Assembly: GCA_040954595.2 (NCBI GenBank)
Contig: CM082591.2
Location: 10,557,309 to 10,621,308 of the forward strand
DNA: 64,000 bases
Reading direction: 5' to 3'
From: Balanoglossus misakiensis
Lineage: Eukaryota; Animalia; Hemichordata
The notes beneath the pieces are model-generated. The model had not been told where the DNA came from and ran no database searches. It was given only the letters and a program-made list of their open reading frames with translations. Below are positions 56,601 through 64,000 of the stretch, piece by piece; positions within the stretch are counted from its first letter, which is position 1, and each line of letters starts with the position of its first letter. A program made the position numbers and the translations under genes.

Positions 56601-59600
56601 TTCTGCGCATCACAACAGAATTTTGTAAACAAACGAGGCTGTGTTTGGAAGCAACCATGGAAACTTTAGAACTATCCGTCGATCTACAGAGTCTAGTGGA
56701 AAACTTTCTTATCCTCATAGGCCTATCATGTGTTCTGCGCATCACAACAGAATTTTGTAAACAAACGAGGCTGTGTTTGGAAGCAACCATGGAAACTTTA
56801 GAACTATCCGTCGATCTACAGAGTCTAGTGGAAAACTTTCTTATCCTCATAGGCCTATCATGTGTTCTGCGCATCACAACAGAATTTTGTAAACAAACGA
56901 GGCTGTGTTTGGAAGCAGCTATGGAAACTTTAGAACTATCCGTCGATCTACAGAGTCTAGTGGAAAACTTGTTTATCCTCATAGGCCTATCATGTGTTCT
57001 GCGCATCACAACAGAATTTTGTAAACAAACGAGGCTGTGTTTGGAAGCAACCATGGAAACTTTAGAACTATCCGTCGATCTACAGAGTCTAGTGGAAAAC
57101 TTTCTTATGCGCATAGGCCTATCATGTGTTCTGCGCATCACAACAGAAGTTTGTAAACAAACGAGGCTGTGTTTGGAAGCAACCATGGAAACTTTAGAAC
57201 TATCCGTCGATCTACAGAGTCTAGTGGAAAACTTTTTTATCCTCATAGGCCTATCATGTGTTCTGCGCATCACAACAGAATTTTGTAAACAAACGAGGCT
57301 GTGTTTGGAAGCAACCATGGAAACTTTAGAACTATCCGTCGATCTACAGAGTCTAGTGGAAAACTTTCTTATGCGCATAGACCTATCATGTGTTCTGCGC
57401 ATCACAACAGAATTTTGTAAACAAACGAGGCTGTGTTTGGAAGCAACCATGGAAACTTAAGAACTATCCGTCGATCTACAGAGTCTAGTGGAAAACTTTC
57501 TTATCCTCATAGGCCTATCATGTGTTCTGCGCATCACAACAGAATTTTGTAAACAAACGAGGCTGTGTTTGGAAGCAACCATGGAAACTTAAGAACTATC
57601 CGTCGATCTACAGAGTCTAGTGGAAAACTTTCTTATCCTCATAGGCCTATCATGTGTTCTGCGCATCACAACATAATTTTTTAAACAATCGAGGCTGTGT
57701 TTGGAAGCAACCATGGAAACTTTAGAACTATCCGTCGATCTACAGAGTCTAGTGGAAAACTTTCTTATGCGCATAGGCCTATCATGTGTTCTGCGCATCA
57801 CAACAGAATTTTGTAAACAAACGAGGCTGTGTTTGGAAGCAACCATGGAAACTTTAGAACTATCCGTCGATCTACAGAGTCTAGTGGAAAACTTTTTTAT
57901 CCTCATAGGCCTATCATGTGTTCTGCGCATCACAACAGAATTTTGTAAACAAACGAGGCTGTGTTTGGAAGCAACCATGGAAACTTTAGAACTATCCGTC
58001 GTTCTACAGAGTCTAGAGGAAAACTTTCTTATCCTCATAGGCCTATCATGTGTTCTGCGCATCACAACAGAATTTTGTAAACAAACGAGGCTGTGTTTGG
58101 AAGCAACCATGGAAACTTTAGAACTATCCGTCGATCTACAGAGTCCAGTGGAAAACTTTCTTATCCTCATAGGCCTATCATGTGTTCTGCGCATCACAAC
58201 AGAATTTTGTAAACAAACGAGGCTGTGTTTGGAAGCAACAATGGAAACTTTAGAACTATCCGTCGATCTACAGAGTCTAGTGGAAAACTTTCTTATCCTC
58301 ATAGGCCTATCATGTGTTCTGCGCATCACAACAGAATTTTGTAAACAAACGAGGCTGTGTTTGGAAGCAACCATGGAAACTTTAGAACTATCCGTCGATC
58401 TACAGAGTCTAGTGGAAAACTTTCTTATCCTCATAGGCCTATCATGTGTTCTGCGCATCACAACAGAATTTTGTAAACAAACGAGGCTGTGTTTGGAAGC
58501 AGCCATGGAAACTTTAGAACTATCCGTCGATCTACAGAGTCTAGTGGAAAACTTTCTTATGCGCATAGACCTATCATGTGTTCTGCGCATCACAACAGAA
58601 TTTTGTAAACAAACGAGGCTGTGTTTGGAAGCAACCATGGAAACTTTAGAACTATCCGTCGATCTACAGAGTCTAGTGGAAAACTTTCTTATCCTCATAG
58701 GCCTATCATGTGTTCTGCGCATCACAACAGAATTTTGTAAACAAACGAGGCTGTGTTTGGAAGCAACCATGGAAACTTTAGAACTATCCGTCGATCTACA
58801 GAGTCTAGTGGAAAACTTTCTTATCCTCATAGGCCTATCATGTGTTCTGCGCATCACAACAGAATTTTGTAAACAAACGAGGCTGTGTTTGGAAGCAGCT
58901 ATGGAAACTTTAGAACTATCCGTCGATCTACAGAGTCTAGTGGAAAACTTTCTTATCCTCATAGGCCTATCATGTGTTCTGCGCATCACAACAGAATTTT
59001 GTAAACAAACGAGGCTGTGTTTGGAAGCAACCATGGAAACTTAAGAACTATCCGTCGATCTACAGTCTAGTGGAAAACTTTCTTATCCTCATAGGCCTAT
59101 CATGTGTTCTGCGCATCACAACAGAATTTTGTAAACAAACTAGGCTGTGTTTGGAAGCAACCATGGAAACTTTAGAACTATCCGTCGATCTACAGAGTCT
59201 AGTGGAAAACTTTCTTATCCTCATAGACCTATCATGTGTTCTGCGCATCACAACAGAATTTTGTAAACAAACGAGGCTGTGTTTGGAAGCAACCATGGAA
59301 ACTTAAGAACTATCCGTCGATCTACAGAGTGTAGTGGAAAACTTTCTTATGCGCATAGACCTATCATGTGTTCTGCGCATCACAACAGAATTTTGTAAAC
59401 AAACGAGGCTGTGTTTAAAAGCAACCATGGAAACTTTAGAACTATCCGTCGATCTACAGAGTCTAATGGAAAACTTTCTTATGCGCATAGACCTATCATG
59501 TGTTCTGCGCATCACAACAGAATTTTGTAAACAAACGAGACTGTGTTTGGAAGCAACCATGGACACTTTAGAACTATCCGTCGTTCTACAGAGTCTAGAG

Positions 59601-62600
59601 GAAAACTTTCTTATCCTCATAGGCCTATCATGTGTTCTGCGCATCACAACAGAATTTTGTAAACAAACGAGGCTGTGTTTGGAAGCAACCATGGAAACTT
59701 TAGAACTATCCGTCGATCTACAGAGTCCAGTGGAAAACTTTCTTATCCTCATAGGCCTATCATGTGTTCTGCGCATCACAACAGAATTTTGTAAACAAAC
59801 GAGGCTGTGTTTGGAAGCAACAATGGAAACTTTAGAACTATCCGTCGATCTACAGAGTCTAGTGGAAAACTTTCTTATCCTCATAGGCCTATCATGTGTT
59901 CTGCGCATCACAACAGAATTTTGTAAACAAACGAGGCTGTGTTTGGAAGCAACCATGGAAACTTTAGAACTATCCGTCGATCTACAGAGTCTAGTGGAAA
60001 ACTTTCTTATCCTCATAGGCCTATCATGTGTTCTGCGCATCACAACAGAATTTTGTAAACAAACGAGGCTGTGTTTGGAAGCAGCCATGGAAACTTTAGA
60101 ACTATCCGTCGATCTACAGAGTCTAGTGGAAAACTTTCTTATGCGCATAGACCTATCATGTGTTCTGCGCATCACAACAGAATTTTGTAAACAAACGAGG
60201 CTGTGTTTGGAAGCAACCATGGAAACTTTAGAACTATCCGTCGATCTACAGAGTCTAGTGGAAAACTTTCTTATCCTCATAGGCCTATCATGTGTTCTGC
60301 GCATCACAACAGAATTTTGTAAACAAACGAGGCTGTGTTTGGAAGCAGCTATGGAAACTTTAGAACTATCCGTCGATCTACAGAGTCTAGTGGAAAACTT
60401 TCTTATGCGCATAGACCTATCATGTGTTCTGCGCATCACAACAGAATTTTGTAAACAAACGAGGCTGTGTTTGGAAGCAACCATGGAAACTTTAGAACTA
60501 TCCGTCGATCTACAGAGTCTAGTGGAAAACTTTCTTATGCGCATAGACCTATCATGTGTTCTGCGCATCACAACAGAATTTTGTAAACAAACGAGGCTGT
60601 GTTTGGAAGCAACCATGGAAACTTAAGAACTATCCGTCGATCTACAGTCTAGTGGAAAACTTTCTTATCCTCATAGGCCTATCATGTGTTCTGCGCATCA
60701 CAACAGAATTTTGTAAACAAACTAGGCTGTGTTTGGAAGCAACCATGGAAACTTTAGAACTATCCGTCGATCTACAGAGTCTAGTGGAAAACTTTCTTAT
60801 CCTCATAGACCTATCATGTGTTCTGCGCATCACAACAGAATTTTGTAAACAAACGAGGCTGTGTTTGGAAGCAACCATGGAAACTTAAGAACTATCCGTC
60901 GATCTACAGAGTCTAGTGGAAAACTTTCTTATCCTCATAGACCTATCATGTGTTCTGCGCATCACAACAGAATTTTGTAAACAAACGAGGCTGTGTTTGG
61001 AAGCAACCATGGAAACTTTAGAACTATCCGTCGATCTACAGAGTCTAGTGGAAAACTTTCTTATGCGCATAGACCTATCATGTGTTCTGCGCATCACAAC
61101 AGAATTTTGTAAACAAACGAGGCTGTGTTTGGAAGCAACCATGGAAACGTTAGAACTATCCGTCGATCTACAGAGTCTAGTGGAAAACTTTCTTATGCGC
61201 ATAGACCTATCATGTGTTCTGCGCATCACAACAGATTTTTGTAAACAAACGAGGCTGTGTTTGGAAGCAACCATGGAAACTTTAGAACTATCCGTCGTTC
61301 TACAGAGTCTAGAGGAAAACTTTCTTATCCTCATAGGCCTATCATGTGTTCTGCGCATCACAACAGAATTTTGTAAACAAACGAGGCTGTGTTTGGAAGC
61401 AACCATGGAAACTTTAGAACTATCCGTCGATCTACAGAGTCCAGTGGAAAACTTTCTTATCCTCATAGGCCTATCATGTGTTCTGCGCATCACAACAGAA
61501 TTTTGTAAACAAACGAGGCTGTGTTTGGAAGCAACAATGGAAACTTTAGAACTATCCGTCGATCTACAGAGTCTAGTGGAAAACTTTCTTATCCTCATAG
61601 GCCTATCATGTGTTCTGCGCATCACAACAGAATTTTGTAAACAAACGAGGCTGTGTTTGGAAGCAACCATGGAAACTTTAGAACTATCCGTCGATCTACA
61701 GAGTCTAGTGGAAAACTTTCTTATCCTCATAGGCCTATCATGTGTTCTGCGCATCACAACAGAATTTTGTAAACAAACGAGGCTGTGTTTGGAAGCAGCC
61801 ATGGAAACTTTAGAACTATCCGTCGATCTACAGAGTCTAGTGGAAAACTTTCTTATGCGCATAGACCTATCATGTGTTCTGCGCATCACAACAGAATTTT
61901 GTAAACAAACGAGGCTGTGTTTGGAAGCAACCATGGAAACTTTAGAACTATCCGTCGATCTACAGAGTCTAGTGGAAAACTTTCTTATCCTCATAGGCCT
62001 ATCATGTGTTCTGCGCATCACAACAGAATTTTGTAAACAAACGAGGCTGTATTTGGAAGCAACCATGGAAACTTTAGAACTATCCGTCGATCTACAGAGT
62101 CTAGTGGAAAACTTTCTTATCCTCATAGGCCTATCATGTGTTCTGCGCATCACAACAGAATTTTGTAAACAAACGAGGCTGTGTTTGGAAGCAGCCATGG
62201 AAACTTTAGAACTATCCGTCGATCTACAGAGTCTAGTGGAAAACTTTCTTATGCGCATAGACCTATCATGTGTTCTGCGCATCACAACAGAATTTTGTAA
62301 ACAAACGAGGCTGTGTTTGGAAGCAACCATGGAAACTTTAGAACTATCCGTCGATCTACAGAGTCTAGTGGAAAACTTTCTTATCCTCATAGGCCTATCA
62401 TGTGTTCTGCGCATCACAACAGAATTTTGTAAACAAACGAGGCTGTGTTTGGAAGCAGCTATGGAAACTTTAGAACTATCCGTCGATCTACAGAGTCTAG
62501 TGGAAAACTTTCTTATGCGCATAGACCTATCATGTGTTCTGCGCATCACAACAGAATTTTGTAAACAAACGAGGCTGTGTTTGGAAGCAACCATGGAAAC

Positions 62601-64000
62601 TTTAGAACTATCCGTCGATCTACAGAGTCTAGTGGAAAACTTTCTTATGCGCATAGACCTATCATGTGTTCTGCGCATCACAACAGAATTTTGTAAACAA
62701 ACGAGGCTGTGTTTGGAAGCAACCATGGAAACTTAAGAACTATCCGTCGATCTACAGTCTAGTGGAAAACTTTCTTATCCTCATAGGCCTATCATGTGTT
62801 CTGCGCATCACAACAGAATTTTGTAAACAAACTAGGCTGTGTTTGGAAGCAACCATGGAAACTTTAGAACTATCCGTCGATCTACAGAGTCTAGTGGAAA
62901 ACTTTCTTATCCTCATAGACCTATCATGTGTTCTGCGCATCACAACAGAATTTTGTAAACAAACGAGGCTGTGTTTGGAAGCAACCATGGAAACTTAAGA
63001 ACTATCCGTCGATCTACAGAGTCTAGTGGAAAACTTTCTTATCCTCATAGACCTATCATGTGTTCTGCGCATCACAACAGAATTTTGTAAACAAACGAGG
63101 CTGTGTTTGGAAGCAACCATGGAAACTTTAGAACTATCCGTCGATCTACAGAGTCTAGTGGAAAACTTTCTTATGCGCATAGACCTATCATGTGTTCTGC
63201 GCATCACAACAGAATTTTGTAAACAAACGAGGCTGTGTTTGGAAGCAACCATGGAAACGTTAGAACTATCCGTCGATCTACAGAGTCTAGTGGAAAACTT
63301 TCTTATGCGCATAGACCTATCATGTGTTCTGCGCATCACAACAGATTTTTGTAAACAAACGAGGCTGTGTTTGGAAGCAACCATGGAAACTTTAGAACTA
63401 TCCGTCGTTCTACAGAGTCTAGAGGAAAACTTTCTTATCCTCATAGGCCTATCATGTGTTCTGCGCATCACAACAGAATTTTGCAAACAAACGAGGCTGT
63501 GTTTGGAAGCAACCATGGAAACTTTAGAACTATCCGTCGATCTACATAGTCCAGTGGAAAACTTTCTTATCCTCATAGGCCTATCATGTGTTCTGCGCAT
63601 CACAACAGAATTTTGTAAACAAACGAGGCTATGTTTGGAAGCAACCATGGAAACTTTAGAACTATCCGTCGATCTACAGAGTCTAGTGGAAAACTTTCTT
63701 ATCCTCATAGGCCCATAATGTGTTCTGCGCATCACAACAGAATTTTGTAAACAAACGAGGCTGTGTTTGGAAGCAACCATGGAAACTTTAGAACTATCCG
63801 TCGATCTACAGAGTCTAGTGGAAAACTTTCTTATCCTCATAGGCCTATCATGTGTTCTGCGCATCACAACAGAATTTTGTAAACAAACGAGGCTGTGTTT
63901 GGAAGCAACCATGGAAACTTTAGAACTATCCGTCGATCTACAGAGTCTAGTGGAAAACTTTTTTATCCTCATAGGCCTATCATGTGTTCTGCGCATCACA
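53640..64000. repeat. Overlapping block duplications at 3300 (25-mer), 1980 (15-mer), 1582 (12-mer) and 2110 bp (16-mer) offsets
   Basis: AACTTGTTT/GAAGTTTG markers at +3300 (ORFs 54289->57589); GCAGCT ~56916->58896 (+1980); frameshift ORFs 58974->60556 (+1582)->62666 (+2110); GAAACGTT/GATTTTTG markers at +2110. Confidence 0.8.

Larger units (their letters stand above)
1..64000. repeat. Tandem satellite DNA array, 132-bp monomer, ~485 copies, single orientation; probable centromeric/pericentromeric satellite
   Basis: The same 132-bp unit recurs from base 1 to 64000, and the ORF track shows a 44-aa periodicity on both strands. Most monomers differ from consensus at only a few sites. Rare length variants are 130 bp (AG deleted in CAGAGTC), 131, 133 and 137 bp. 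The centromeric role is inference only. Confidence 0.98.

Noticed and set aside
17-63999. Long ORFs on both strands (up to 1115 aa) made of 44-aa repeats (MEATMETLELSVDLQ... / MVASKHSLVCLQ...)
   Set aside because: They follow from a monomer length divisible by 3. Stop-creating variants (ACTTAAG, ACATAA, GTAAAT, CTATAA) and -2, -1 and +5 frameshifts are freely amplified. There are no unique termini or recognisable domains, and most variants are non-synonymous.
1-64000. CRISPR array or other repeat-spacer/cassette array
   Set aside because: There are no unique spacers. The entire unit is repeated with only point variants, and no cas, integrase or recombinase gene is present.
1-64000. Tandem RNA gene cluster (5S rRNA, tRNA, snRNA, spliced leader)
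   Set aside because: I recognise no 5S, tRNA cloverleaf, A/B/C box or Sm-site pattern, and 132 bp leaves little room for gene plus spacer. An Rfam/Infernal search would be the formal test.
1-64000. Assembly artefact or synthetic concatemer
   Set aside because: Hierarchical private variants and nested duplications with small differences between copies look like natural satellite evolution. The exact copy number of near-identical blocks still needs read validation.

Overview
The whole 64 kb window is one uninterrupted, single-orientation tandem satellite array of about 485 head-to-tail copies of a 132-bp monomer (~41% GC). Consensus: CATCACAACAGAATTTTGTAAACAAACGAGGCTGTGTTTGGAAGCAACCATGGAAACTTTAGAACTATCCGTCGATCTACAGAGTCTAGTGGAAAACTTTCTTAT[CCT/GCG]CATAG[G/A]CCTATCATGTGTTCTGCG. 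I see no unique sequence, inversion, transposon body, RNA gene or credible protein-coding gene. All listed ORFs arise because 132 bp = 44 codons with one stop-free frame per strand. The architecture fits a eukaryotic centromeric or pericentromeric satellite (inference), but I cannot name the organism or family. The internal structure is informative: two monomer classes each carrying a different 10-bp palindrome, nested local higher-order repeats (2- to 28-mers), a strongly diverged relic cassette, a 5-bp TA-TAC-TA insertion resembling a transposon excision footprint, and long-range copying between domains. I found no evidence for a novel protein-coding system. Periods were read by eye from marker variants and ORF offsets, so block edges are approximate to about one monomer.
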